DNA from: an uncultured Gammaproteobacteria bacterium
GTDB taxonomy: Bacteria; Patescibacteriota; Patescibacteriia; Magasanikbacterales; UBA922
Assembly (NCBI GenBank): GCA_964566225.1
Contig: CAZMHV010000004.1
Span: 248-64,247, forward strand
Direction of reading: 5' to 3'
DNA: 64,000 nt
Below are positions 20,244 to 29,187 of this stretch, piece after piece. A program made the translations under genes and the position numbers. The first letter of the stretch is position 1. Each line of letters begins with the position of its first letter. The notes beneath the pieces are model-generated. The model saw only the letters and a program-made list of their open reading frames with translations, was not told where the DNA came from and searched no databases.

Positions 20244-21011
20244 TTATATTGGAAGACGGTCCCTGTAGGCATTCCATCCAGATTGTTGGTATATTTTTGC
20301 AGTGGTTTTTGGGTCGTTGCTTTCTGTTATTCCTCTTCCAACAATAATGATGTCACTTTGACTTTGTGTAATTACGCTTTGCGGAGTTTTAAATTGTTGG
20401 CCATGTTTGTCTGTGCCAGCCTCGAGTTGTACCCCTGGAGTCATATAAATAAATTCGTCTCCAGCGAGTTTTTTGGTAGAAATAAAACCCATGACAAAGT
20501 CTTTGTGCGTTTCAGCCATGGCAATGCTTTTGGTGGTGTACTCACCTGTCGCCAAATTTCCCTGGGGAGACATTTCAGCGAGCAGTAAAAGTCCATTTTG
20601 TTTGGGGAGGCCAATTTCTTGGAGTGCTTCAATACTGCCAGGGCCAGCCACGGTGTGCGTGTTGGTAATGTGTGCCCAGTCTGCAATATGATAGATGCCG
20701 TGTTGGTATTGGAGTTGCACTGTTTTGCCAATGTCTGCAAATTTGCGGTCTTCAAAAATGAGAAAGTTGTGTGTGACGGCAAGCTCTTGCAATTTGGTAA
20801 TAAACTCTGGTGAAAAATCTTCGACAATGTCGATGTGTGTTTTGAAAATACAAATGTGGGGGCCGGTAGCTTTGGCAAGTTCGAGAATTTTTTTAGCATG
20901 AATAAAATCCGCTGCCACGCAGAGGTTGGTTTGTTTTTGTTCCATTATGGTGAGGAGTTTTTTGGCAGTTGGATTGTGTACGAGGGGGATGCGGGCGGCG
21001 TAGGTGAGCAT
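20244..21011 (-). CDS. pyrF: Orotidine-5'-phosphate decarboxylase (UMPS/URA3-like)
   Basis: K.TNLC.AAD, KTHID, FLIFEDRKFADIG.TV..QY, LLLAEMS..G.L, MTPGV, IIVGRGI. Confidence 0.96.
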   Translation of the reverse strand: MLTYAARIPLVHNPTAKKLLTIMEQKQTNLCVAADFIHAKKILELAKATGPHICIFKTHIDIVEDFSPEFITKLQELAVTHNFLIFEDRKFADIGKTVQLQYQHGIYHIADWAHITNTHTVAGPGSIEALQEIGLPKQNGLLLLAEMSPQGNLATGEYTTKSIAMAETHKDFVMGFISTKKLAGDEFIYMTPGVQLEAGTDKHGQQFKTPQSVITQSQSDIIIVGRGITESNDPKTTAKIYQQSGWNAYRDRLPI

Positions 21012-21012
21012 A

Positions 21013-21627
21013 TTATCTTTGAACAGGTTTTACTTGATTTTGAGCGAGGAATTGCTTTACGCTGTGGAAAGTTTCTTCGTCCACTTTTCCTGCATCTTTC
21101 AGAGAAAGAAGAATTTCACTGATAGGCATTACGGCGTGAAGGGTATATCCTTTTTCTGTAAGGTTTGCTTTGCCACCTTGTTCTCTATCAACAAGGACAA
21201 CAATATCTGTTACTTTGAGGCCTGCTTCCTCAAGTGGGGCAATAGTTTCAAACACACTGGTACCACTCGTAACTAAATCTTCAATGACCAAAACATTTTG
21301 ACCTGGTTCATATTTTCCTTCAAGCAACTTTTTGAGACCATAATCTTTTTTTTCTTTTCTTCGAATGACCATGGGTTTGTTGTGGAGAACAGAAATGACG
21401 GTTGCAAATGGGAGTGCTGTATATGGCACGCCACAAATAAGATCATATGGAACGTGTTCTATTTCTTTGTACATGAACTCAGAAATTTCTTTCATAATTT
21501 CTGGGTAGGAAATAGACATTTTTAAATCAAGATAAATGGGTGAAACAACTCCACTGACGAGTGTGAAGGCACCAAATTTGATAGCACCAATTTCAAAGAG
21601 TTTGAGAGCGAGTTCTTGTTTGGTCAT
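21013..21627 (-). CDS. pyrE: Orotate phosphoribosyltransferase
   Basis: KFG.FTL.SG..SPIY.DL, CGVPYTALP.A, RKE.KDYG, PRPP motif VIEDLVTSG.S, DREQGG. Confidence 0.96.
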   Translation of the reverse strand: MTKQELALKLFEIGAIKFGAFTLVSGVVSPIYLDLKMSISYPEIMKEISEFMYKEIEHVPYDLICGVPYTALPFATVISVLHNKPMVIRRKEKKDYGLKKLLEGKYEPGQNVLVIEDLVTSGTSVFETIAPLEEAGLKVTDIVVLVDREQGGKANLTEKGYTLHAVMPISEILLSLKDAGKVDEETFHSVKQFLAQNQVKPVQR

Positions 21628-22712
21628 AGTAATATGTTACAATTTTTTCCAACAGCTTGTTGGATGTGAGTAAATCCATCTTGTTCAAGAAGTTGTATGA
21701 GGCCAGTATTTATTTTTTTTACAATACTTGGTCCCTCGTAAATAAGTCCTGTGTAAATTTCTACGAGTGAGGCTCCGGCTTTGATTTTTTCGTACGCATC
21801 TGCAGCTGTAAAAATTCCACCGACTCCAATAATAGGAATGCTACCATGACTTTGTGTGTACAAAAATTGTATCACCTCGGTTGATCTTTTTTGGAGTGGC
21901 AAACCACTGAGGCCACCGGTTTCAGATTTTTTTTCTGACTTCAAAAATTCAGGTCGTTCAATGGTGGTATTGGTTGCGACAATTCCATTTAAATCTGTTG
22001 CTTTGACTACTTCTATCACATCGAGCAATTGATTGTTATTTAAGTCTGGTGCGATTTTTACGAGGAGAGGGAGCTCTGATCGCCCGTGTTCATTTTTATA
22101 ACTCACGAGTGTTTGCAAAAGCTCAGTGAGGGTACTTTTATCTTGGAGTTCGCGTAATCCTGGAGTGTTCGGTGAACTCACATTGACTACGCACATGTCC
22201 ATGTGAGGGAGGAGCATTTGAAATGTTTGCACGTAATTTTGTGTTGCATTTTTATTTTCAATATTTTTATTTTTGCCAATGTTGATTACTCTCACCATGG
22301 AACTGGGCTTTGACAGTGAAAAATTTTTGAGCAAAGTTTCTGCACCATTTCCATTAAATCCCATGCGGTTGATGATTGCTGCATCTTTCACCAGGCGAAA
22401 CAAGCGTGGGCGAGGATTCCCAGGTTGTGGTTCAAGCGTCACGGTTCCAAACTCTGCAAACCCAAAACCTAAGTGACTTAAAAATGAAATCATCTCAGCA
22501 TTTTTATCAAAGCCTGCAGCTAGGCCAACTGGATTTTTGAATTCTTTGCCAAAAATATTGATATGCAATTTTGGATTTTCAAATGTATAGAGAGCTCTCA
22601 AAATTTGAGATGAAAAAGGAATGTCACTTACTTTTTTGGTGAGGGATTTCATTTTTTCATGTGCTTGTTCTGCATCAAGCTTGAAGAGCAGGGGACGAAT
22701 CCATGAGTACAT
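21624..22712 (-). CDS. pyrD: Dihydroorotate dehydrogenase, class 2 (quinone type)
   Basis: NPVGLAAGFDKNA, Q.GNPRPRLFR, INRMGFN, NVSSPNTPGLR (Ser base), KIAPDL, ATNTT, GGLSG. Confidence 0.96.
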   Translation of the reverse strand: MYSWIRPLLFKLDAEQAHEKMKSLTKKVSDIPFSSQILRALYTFENPKLHINIFGKEFKNPVGLAAGFDKNAEMISFLSHLGFGFAEFGTVTLEPQPGNPRPRLFRLVKDAAIINRMGFNGNGAETLLKNFSLSKPSSMVRVINIGKNKNIENKNATQNYVQTFQMLLPHMDMCVVNVSSPNTPGLRELQDKSTLTELLQTLVSYKNEHGRSELPLLVKIAPDLNNNQLLDVIEVVKATDLNGIVATNTTIERPEFLKSEKKSETGGLSGLPLQKRSTEVIQFLYTQSHGSIPIIGVGGIFTAADAYEKIKAGASLVEIYTGLIYEGPSIVKKINTGLIQLLEQDGFTHIQQAVGKNCNILL

Positions 22713-22714
22713 AC

Positions 22715-24037
22715 TTATTGAAGTTCAGTCAAACTCTTGGGCTCAAAAAATTTGTGAAATTCTTCTTCGTTCATAATGTTTTGCTCTTGGACTATGTCTT
22801 TCAGTTTCTTTTTTTCTGCAACTGCTTTTTTGACGAGTGCTGCTGTTTGATCGTACCCAATTTTTGGTGAAAGTGCTGTGGCCATGCATAAACTTTTTTG
22901 AAAGAGTTCTTCACATTTTTCAGTATTGGCTTCGAGTGTGGTGAGGCAGAGTGTAATAAATTGCGTAAGTCCGGTGGTAAGCAGGGTAATTGATTCACAA
23001 ATATTTTTGGAAACAATTGGCAGCATCACATTGAGTTCGAGTTGCCCAGCCTGCGTAGCCATGAGAATGGTTTGGTTGTTGCCAATTACTTGGAAGCAAA
23101 TTTGGTTCATCATTTCGGCCATAACTGGATTAACTTTGCCAGGCATAATTGAAGAGCCTTTTTGTATTTCTGGTAAGTAAATTTCACCAATGCCAGCAAG
23201 TGGGCCTGAACCAAGTAAACGCAAGTCATTCATCATTTTAATAAGATTTGCCGCGAGCAAGGTGAGCACTCCACTTACTTCTAAAAATGCATCAGGATAT
23301 TGTGTAGCCGCGATTAAATTTGGTGAAGCAAAAACTGGATACCCAGAAATATTTTTGAGGGCTTCGGTGGCAAATTCAATATACGCACGTGAACCAGTGA
23401 GCCCTGTGCCAACGGCAGACCCACCGAGGTTGAGTTCGTACAAAGATTTTTTTACATGTTCAAGTCGTTGCTTATCATGTTTCACGCGGTAAGCATGTGC
23501 TCCAAATTCTTGCCCAAGCGTAATGGGCACAGCATCTTGTAAGTGAGTGCGGCCAACTTTGATAATATCTCCAAATGTAACCGATTTTTTTTCAAGTTCA
23601 GTACCAAAAATTTCATACACGGCAATAAGTTTGTCGAGCAGTTGGAGCGTGGTAATTTTCATGGCAGTAGGGATCACGTCGTTGGTGGACTGTGACATAT
23701 TCACGTGATCATTTGGGTGCACTCTTTCACCCGTTGCCAAAATTTCTGTGGCACGTGAGGCAATTACTTCGTTCACATTCATGTGCATGGAAGTCCCTGC
23801 TCCACCTTGAATTTGATCCACCACAAACTGTTCTTGCCACTGTCCATTCAAAATTTCTTGACTGGCTTGCTTAATTGCCTCGGCCATTTGTTGGCTCAGG
23901 CGTCCTTCTTGTTTGTGTCCCTCTGCAGTAGCATATTTCACCATAGCAATACTTTGGGCGAGAGTAAATGAAAATGGTGTGCCAGAAATGATAAAATTTT
24001 GTAATGCCTTTTCTGTTTCTTTTTGGTAGAGTTGCAT
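22715..24037 (-). CDS. aspA: Aspartate ammonia-lyase / class II fumarase family
   Basis: QGGAGTS..MN.NEVI, HPNDHVN.SQSTND, GRTHLQDAVP, GSSIMPGKVNP, GQLELNVM.P; aspA preferred over fumC on the GGAGTS motif. Confidence 0.85.
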   Translation of the reverse strand: MQLYQKETEKALQNFIISGTPFSFTLAQSIAMVKYATAEGHKQEGRLSQQMAEAIKQASQEILNGQWQEQFVVDQIQGGAGTSMHMNVNEVIASRATEILATGERVHPNDHVNMSQSTNDVIPTAMKITTLQLLDKLIAVYEIFGTELEKKSVTFGDIIKVGRTHLQDAVPITLGQEFGAHAYRVKHDKQRLEHVKKSLYELNLGGSAVGTGLTGSRAYIEFATEALKNISGYPVFASPNLIAATQYPDAFLEVSGVLTLLAANLIKMMNDLRLLGSGPLAGIGEIYLPEIQKGSSIMPGKVNPVMAEMMNQICFQVIGNNQTILMATQAGQLELNVMLPIVSKNICESITLLTTGLTQFITLCLTTLEANTEKCEELFQKSLCMATALSPKIGYDQTAALVKKAVAEKKKLKDIVQEQNIMNEEEFHKFFEPKSLTELQ

Positions 24038-24048
24038 AGTAGAAAAGT

Positions 24049-25335
24049 TTACAGTGGACTACTCAAAGTATATTGATTGAGTGCCAAGTTTCCAGGTCCA
24101 CCGAGAGAAGTCACTTCTTTGATGGCAGCAACTGGGTCACCGACTTGCAGGGAGTCAATATTTTCTTTTACGGTTTGATAAGCATCACGAAATGGCATGC
24201 CTTCTTTTACATATCTGTTTGCTTGATGCACAGCAAAGAGTTCTGGTGTAAATGAATTCATGAGCTTGTCAGTTTTGGGTGTGATGTGTTGCATGACGAG
24301 TGAGAGTACTTCAAGACTGCGACGAGTAATGCCAAGGCCCTTGATGAGAGGTTCTTTACTGAGCTGTGTGTCACGGTTATACCCAGAGATTAAGTTTTTA
24401 CAAATATCTTTGACTTGGGTTTGGAGTCCCACAATCACATTCACATTACTGCGTACGATTTCAAAAATATCGGGGTTGCGTTTTTGTGGCATGATACTGG
24501 AGCCAGTGGTGAATTCAATTGGCAAGTTGAAAAAATCAAATTCAGGAGTGGTGAACCAAATCATTTCATTGGCCAAGCGTCCAAGGGTCATCATGATTTG
24601 TGTGCACACTGAGAGGATGTAACTTTCTGTACTCCCACGACTGTTGACTGCGTAGAGTGAGTTGACCTGGGTTTTGCCAAAGCCGAGGAGTTTGGTGGTG
24701 TAGTCACGATCTGTTGGGAGGTTTACTCCAAACCCTGCTGCTGCGCCGAGTGGATTTTGATCATTGAGACGGTAGGCAGTTTCCAAAATCATGTGGTTGT
24801 TGATGAGTTCTTCGAGGTATGCAGCAGCCCAGTGACCAATGCTCGATGGCATGGCACGGCGGGTGTGGGTGTAGCCGGGCATGGGGATGAATTCGTAGGT
24901 GCGGGCTTTTTCCAAAAATATTTTTTGGAGATTCACAAGCTCGGCACTAATTTGTTTGAGTTTTTTTCGAGTATATAAACGAGTTGCTACCAGTACTTGG
25001 TCGTTACGTGATCTGCCTGTGTGAATTTTTTTCCCAAGGGGCCCAAGTTTTTCGACCAGATAATTTTCAATAGCAGTGTGGCAATCTTCGTCTGATTGTT
25101 TGATAATAAATTCACCTTTTGCATGAAGTTCAAGAATTTCATTGAGACTAAAAATAAGTTGGCTGAGCTCTTCACCTGTCAGAATTCCCATTTGTGCAAG
25201 CATTTTTGCATGTGCAATGGATGCTTCCACGTCAAATGGAACGAGACGCATGTCGAGTTCATAATCATTTCCTACTGTGTATTTTTCTACCATTGGGTGG
25301 AGTTTGGTTGATTCTACTTGCCAGAGTTTGGACAT
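24049..25335 (-). CDS. argH: Argininosuccinate lyase family
   Basis: ED.HT.IE..L, HTGRSRNDQV, MPGYTH, TGSSIMPQKRNPD, GYNRD.Q..K, G.PFRDAY. Confidence 0.9.
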   Translation of the reverse strand: MSKLWQVESTKLHPMVEKYTVGNDYELDMRLVPFDVEASIAHAKMLAQMGILTGEELSQLIFSLNEILELHAKGEFIIKQSDEDCHTAIENYLVEKLGPLGKKIHTGRSRNDQVLVATRLYTRKKLKQISAELVNLQKIFLEKARTYEFIPMPGYTHTRRAMPSSIGHWAAAYLEELINNHMILETAYRLNDQNPLGAAAGFGVNLPTDRDYTTKLLGFGKTQVNSLYAVNSRGSTESYILSVCTQIMMTLGRLANEMIWFTTPEFDFFNLPIEFTTGSSIMPQKRNPDIFEIVRSNVNVIVGLQTQVKDICKNLISGYNRDTQLSKEPLIKGLGITRRSLEVLSLVMQHITPKTDKLMNSFTPELFAVHQANRYVKEGMPFRDAYQTVKENIDSLQVGDPVAAIKEVTSLGGPGNLALNQYTLSSPL

Positions 25336-25387
25336 ACGGGGATTTATTTTAAAAATAAATTTTGTTTGGTGTGTTTTTGGGGTCTTC

Positions 25388-25522
25388 GGGAGAGAGACTT
25401 TTTAAAAAATTTTTGGCTGCGGGATCGCTCTCACGAAGGTCCCTTCGCCCTGACGGGACTCGGGGGACCTTCGTGTATTCGCTAGGTCCTCGCTCAAAAA
25501 TTTTTTAAAAAGTCTCTCTCCC
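25388..25522. repeat. Rod-like palindromic element (MITE/REP-like), 135 bp
   Basis: Perfect 28-bp inverted repeat 25388-25415 / 25495-25522 enclosing inner stem CACGAAGGTCCC / GGGACCTTCGTG; no clear target duplication. Confidence 0.8.
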
Positions 25523-25560
25523 TCCGAATTTGATTTTTACTTTTTTTGGATAATATTTTT

Positions 25561-26535
25561 TTACATTCTCTCCAAAATCGTTCTCCCATTCACAGATGCA
25601 ATATTCACAAGGTCAATAAAGTTGTAGTATCGGCAGGCTTCTTGCAGCATGCGCAGTTCAGTCCACATATCACCGTCTACAAATGGTTGGTAGTAGTCGT
25701 ATACATTGTCTATACCAAGGCCGACGAGTACGCCCGCTTCGAGCATTTCTGGCACATTGGCAATTGAATTGTGAACAGGTGAAGTAAATTGATCAAGTTG
25801 ACGCATGGCGAGGGCTGCTGAAGGGCAGACGACTACGGCAATGCCTGCGTCGGCGAGTTTTTTGTAGATTTCGCTTCGGTATTCTTTGGGTTGTGCTGCC
25901 GTAGAAATGGCGTGAATAGCCGTGACACGTCCTTGGTAGCCATGTTTGATGGTTTGTTCAATGAGTGTCTCGGTATCGCGTTCATTGGGGTTATTTTCTT
26001 GGTCAATATGTACGTGCATGGGTTTGTTTTGGTTTTTGGCGACACCAAAAAGCACATCATAGTGAGCAAGCATGTTTTCTGGTCTGTCTTTGGAAGGAAG
26101 TCCACCTACAATATCTGCCTTGGTAGTGATGGCTTCGTACAAATCTACGGCTTCTTTGTTGACCAGTCCTCCGAGGGGTTGTGTAATGGTGAGTAAGGTA
26201 ATTTGGTCTTTATATTTTTCTTTTACTTTCAGCGCTGCATTGATGGCCCGATGATCCACTGCTTCGTATGCATCAATAAAACTGCAGGTGAGGTTCACTC
26301 CTTGGGCAATCAAAATCTGAAGCCCTCGTTCAATACGCTCTTCAATCTGTTCTTCTGTGGAGGCACGTTTTAAACTGTCACTCATATTCCACTTTACCTC
26401 CATGTCGAGCATACTTTTGTCGAGTCCTTGTTTATCAATGTAAAAGGCTTTATCAAAATGTGCATGACAATTTACAAATCCTCCTCGATCGTTGATAGCT
26501 TTGAGCATGTGCTCTTTGAGGTTCCATGGTTCCAT
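25561..26535 (-). CDS. Amidohydrolase, cytosine-deaminase (CodA/AtzC)-like
   Basis: HAHFD metal motif, HVHIDQE, AIHA, GIDN; start revised to ATG 26535, just after the leader terminator. Confidence 0.85.
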   Translation of the reverse strand: MEPWNLKEHMLKAINDRGGFVNCHAHFDKAFYIDKQGLDKSMLDMEVKWNMSDSLKRASTEEQIEERIERGLQILIAQGVNLTCSFIDAYEAVDHRAINAALKVKEKYKDQITLLTITQPLGGLVNKEAVDLYEAITTKADIVGGLPSKDRPENMLAHYDVLFGVAKNQNKPMHVHIDQENNPNERDTETLIEQTIKHGYQGRVTAIHAISTAAQPKEYRSEIYKKLADAGIAVVVCPSAALAMRQLDQFTSPVHNSIANVPEMLEAGVLVGLGIDNVYDYYQPFVDGDMWTELRMLQEACRYYNFIDLVNIASVNGRTILERM

Positions 26536-26551
26536 AAGGGTAATATTAAGC

Positions 26552-26660
26552 AAAAAAAAACGGCCAATCCACTAGGGGTTGGCCGTATAAAATGATTCAA
26601 ATTGTGTTTCAGAAATAATCATATCCAACGCATTATATCAAGTTTGAAAGTGGTGCGCAA
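26552..26660 (-). promoter_or_regulatory. Promoter, leader peptide and attenuator for the amidohydrolase-argH-aspA-pyrDEF operon
   Basis: TTGCGC-17nt-TATAAT (26660-26632); uORF 26622-26572 MIISETQFESFYTANP* with stop in the loop of hairpin ACGGCCAACCC-CTAGT-GGATTGGCCG followed by U9. Confidence 0.7.
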
Positions 26661-26682
26661 GGATAAGATATCCACTGAGTTT

Positions 26683-28227
26683 TTAGGCAGTAAGTTTTTC
26701 GCGAAGGAGCTTTTCTACTATCACTGGGTCAGCGGTTCCTTCGGTCGCTTTCATAACCATACCAATTAAAAATTTGATAATTGGATCTTTGCCAGATTTG
26801 AATTGTTCTACCTGTGCTGGGTAAGCCACAATAACTTCTTCAATTTTGAGCACCAAAACACCTTCGTCCGAAACCTGTCCATAGCCTTTGGTTTCCATTA
26901 TATGGGTTGGGTCCATATCCACTCCTGACTCAATCATATCGAGTAACAGTTTTTGTGCATTGGTGGAATTTATTTTGCTGGTATAAATAAGAGCAATAAA
27001 CTCTGCAAAATTTTCTGCTGAAATTTTTATATCTGTCACTGCCATATCACGTTCTTTGAGCAAGGCAAACAGTTTGGTGGTCACCCAACCACTCACCAAC
27101 TTGGCGATTTTACTGCGTTCTTCTTGAATTTGGGTTTCAGTTTTATTGGTGAGATCTTCAATCCAACTATCAGTTTCACTCATCACATTTTCAATAAAGT
27201 TCGCCAAATTTTTGTCTTCAGAAAAAAGTTTGGCATCGGCATACGAAAAGCCGTATTCGGTGTGAAAACGAGCACGTTTGGATTGTGGAAGTTCGGGCAG
27301 ATGTGTTCCTGCGGCAAGTTGTACTGGAGAAAATGGGGGAATATCTGGTTCTGGGAAATAGCGATAATCTGCTGCATTTTCTTTGACACGCTGCATGACG
27401 GTTTCACCCTTATCTTCATTCCATCCACGAGTTTGTTGGGGCCAGGTTTCACCAGCCTCGAGCAGTGATGTTTGTCTTTGAATTTCAAATTCAATGGCTT
27501 TTTCAACTGCTTTAAATGAGTTGATGTTTTTCACCTCAACTTTGTTGTTCAAAACATATCCGTCAAGGGGATTCACTCGTCCATTTACAATTTCAAATTT
27601 TCCGGTTTCTTGTACAGAAACATTGGCTTCGCAGCGCATCTGGCCTTTTTCCATGTCTGCATCACTTACACCGAGGCAGCGTAGGAGTGCGCGTAGTTCT
27701 TGGCAAAAGGTTTTTGCTTCGAGAGCGGTTTGAAAGTCAGGTTTCGTTACAATCTCTACAAGTGGTGTTCCTGATCGATTAAAATCTGCAAAGGTATTGC
27801 CTTCACTATCATGGAGCAGTCTTGCGGTATCTTCTTCAAGGTGTGCTCGTTCAATGCCAATAATGGCTACTTCACGAGGGTTTTCGTCTAAGAAAAACTC
27901 TAAGCGGAGTTTTCCATTTTCGGCAATAGGTTCGTCGTACTGTGAAATTTGGTATCCCTTGGCAAGGTCTGGATAAAAGTAGTGTTTGCGGTCAAATTTA
28001 GAGATTTCACGAATAGTACAGCCCAAAGCCTGACCAATAAGTACGGTCCAGATAATGGCTTGTTTGTTGGGTACTGGGAGCATACCAGGGTGGCCAAGGC
28101 AAATGCCACACACATTGGTATTGGGTTCTCGAATTTCTGGGTTATTGGCACAAGAGCAAAACATGCCGCTCTTGGTTTTGAGCTCTACATGGACTTCCAT
28201 TCCAATAATAGGGGTATATTTTGACAT
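26683..28227 (-). CDS. gatB: Asp/Glu-tRNA amidotransferase subunit B
   Basis: IG.EVHVEL.T, FDRKHYFYPDL.KGYQISQ, HLEED, D.NR.G.PL.EIVT.PD, YRYFPEPD; start revised to MSKYT. Confidence 0.97.
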   Translation of the reverse strand: MSKYTPIIGMEVHVELKTKSGMFCSCANNPEIREPNTNVCGICLGHPGMLPVPNKQAIIWTVLIGQALGCTIREISKFDRKHYFYPDLAKGYQISQYDEPIAENGKLRLEFFLDENPREVAIIGIERAHLEEDTARLLHDSEGNTFADFNRSGTPLVEIVTKPDFQTALEAKTFCQELRALLRCLGVSDADMEKGQMRCEANVSVQETGKFEIVNGRVNPLDGYVLNNKVEVKNINSFKAVEKAIEFEIQRQTSLLEAGETWPQQTRGWNEDKGETVMQRVKENAADYRYFPEPDIPPFSPVQLAAGTHLPELPQSKRARFHTEYGFSYADAKLFSEDKNLANFIENVMSETDSWIEDLTNKTETQIQEERSKIAKLVSGWVTTKLFALLKERDMAVTDIKISAENFAEFIALIYTSKINSTNAQKLLLDMIESGVDMDPTHIMETKGYGQVSDEGVLVLKIEEVIVAYPAQVEQFKSGKDPIIKFLIGMVMKATEGTADPVIVEKLLREKLTA

Positions 28228-28307
28228 AGAGAAAGCAAAAAGAGGTGTCCTCACTATATCACTTCTTGGTTTGATTGAAAAGACCCCCAATAAGGGGGTC
28301 TCTGGTG

Positions 28308-29180
28308 TTATTTTTTAAGAGGATTTTTTTTGAGTTGGTCGTACAGAATCAGTGAAGGAAGGTATATAATGGGAATGGCTATAAAAAAGTTGATAAGAAA
28401 TGCTATGACAAAGTCGCTCAAGGCTGCGGCATTTTCACCATATTGAATTCGAATAACAAGGGTGATAATCGAGAGCAAGCCATATATACCCATGAGCAAG
28501 GCTTCTGGGGCAAAGAGTCGCCAACAAACACTCCACCAGCGACCTTCGATGAGTGATCGACTGTATTCAAAGGCATCTTTGACTTCTTTTTTGTCAAAAA
28601 TAACAGCATTAAATGTCATACTAAACAAAACAGAAAAGTATATAGCATGTACGAGACCATACAGAATTAGAAATACGAAAAAATATTCCAATACTCCACG
28701 AACCTCTCTCACTGCTATGTTTTGGGCAACAATGTTATTTGAAAATGAGTAAAAAAGTTCTGGAGTTTGTTTGCCAAACAATCCTATAATTCCTATAACT
28801 AGAGGGAAAGATGTAAAAATTCCAGATGCGATTGAAGCTAAAATTGAACGTATGGTAACTGATTTTGCCTCGGCGAGAGTTTGTCGGTAGGGATGTATTT
28901 TTTCGTGGTGGAGTACCTCTCTGAGGTGAAATTCATATCCAATTAAAAATTGAAATGAAAAAAACAAAACAATGACAAAACATATAATTCCGAGGCCCCA
29001 GGCAATAACCTGTCCCCACATGCCAGGAAAGACCGTTCCAATAATGAGTGCTGGGATTAATAAAAGAGAAAAAAGTGCTGTAATACCGAGCGACATGATC
29101 ATGTATTGGTTCAGCGGACGGAAAAATTTCTTATAGGTATCTAAAGAAATTTTAATCATTTCTCGAACAGAAGTAAGCAT
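28308..29180 (-). CDS. Multi-pass membrane protein of unknown function
   Basis: About 6 TM segments; A...S..L..GRWW motif; paralog of neighbouring gene. Confidence 0.75.
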   Translation of the reverse strand: MLTSVREMIKISLDTYKKFFRPLNQYMIMSLGITALFSLLLIPALIIGTVFPGMWGQVIAWGLGIICFVIVLFFSFQFLIGYEFHLREVLHHEKIHPYRQTLAEAKSVTIRSILASIASGIFTSFPLVIGIIGLFGKQTPELFYSFSNNIVAQNIAVREVRGVLEYFFVFLILYGLVHAIYFSVLFSMTFNAVIFDKKEVKDAFEYSRSLIEGRWWSVCWRLFAPEALLMGIYGLLSIITLVIRIQYGENAAALSDFVIAFLINFFIAIPIIYLPSLILYDQLKKNPLKK

Positions 29181-29187
29181 AAAAAGA

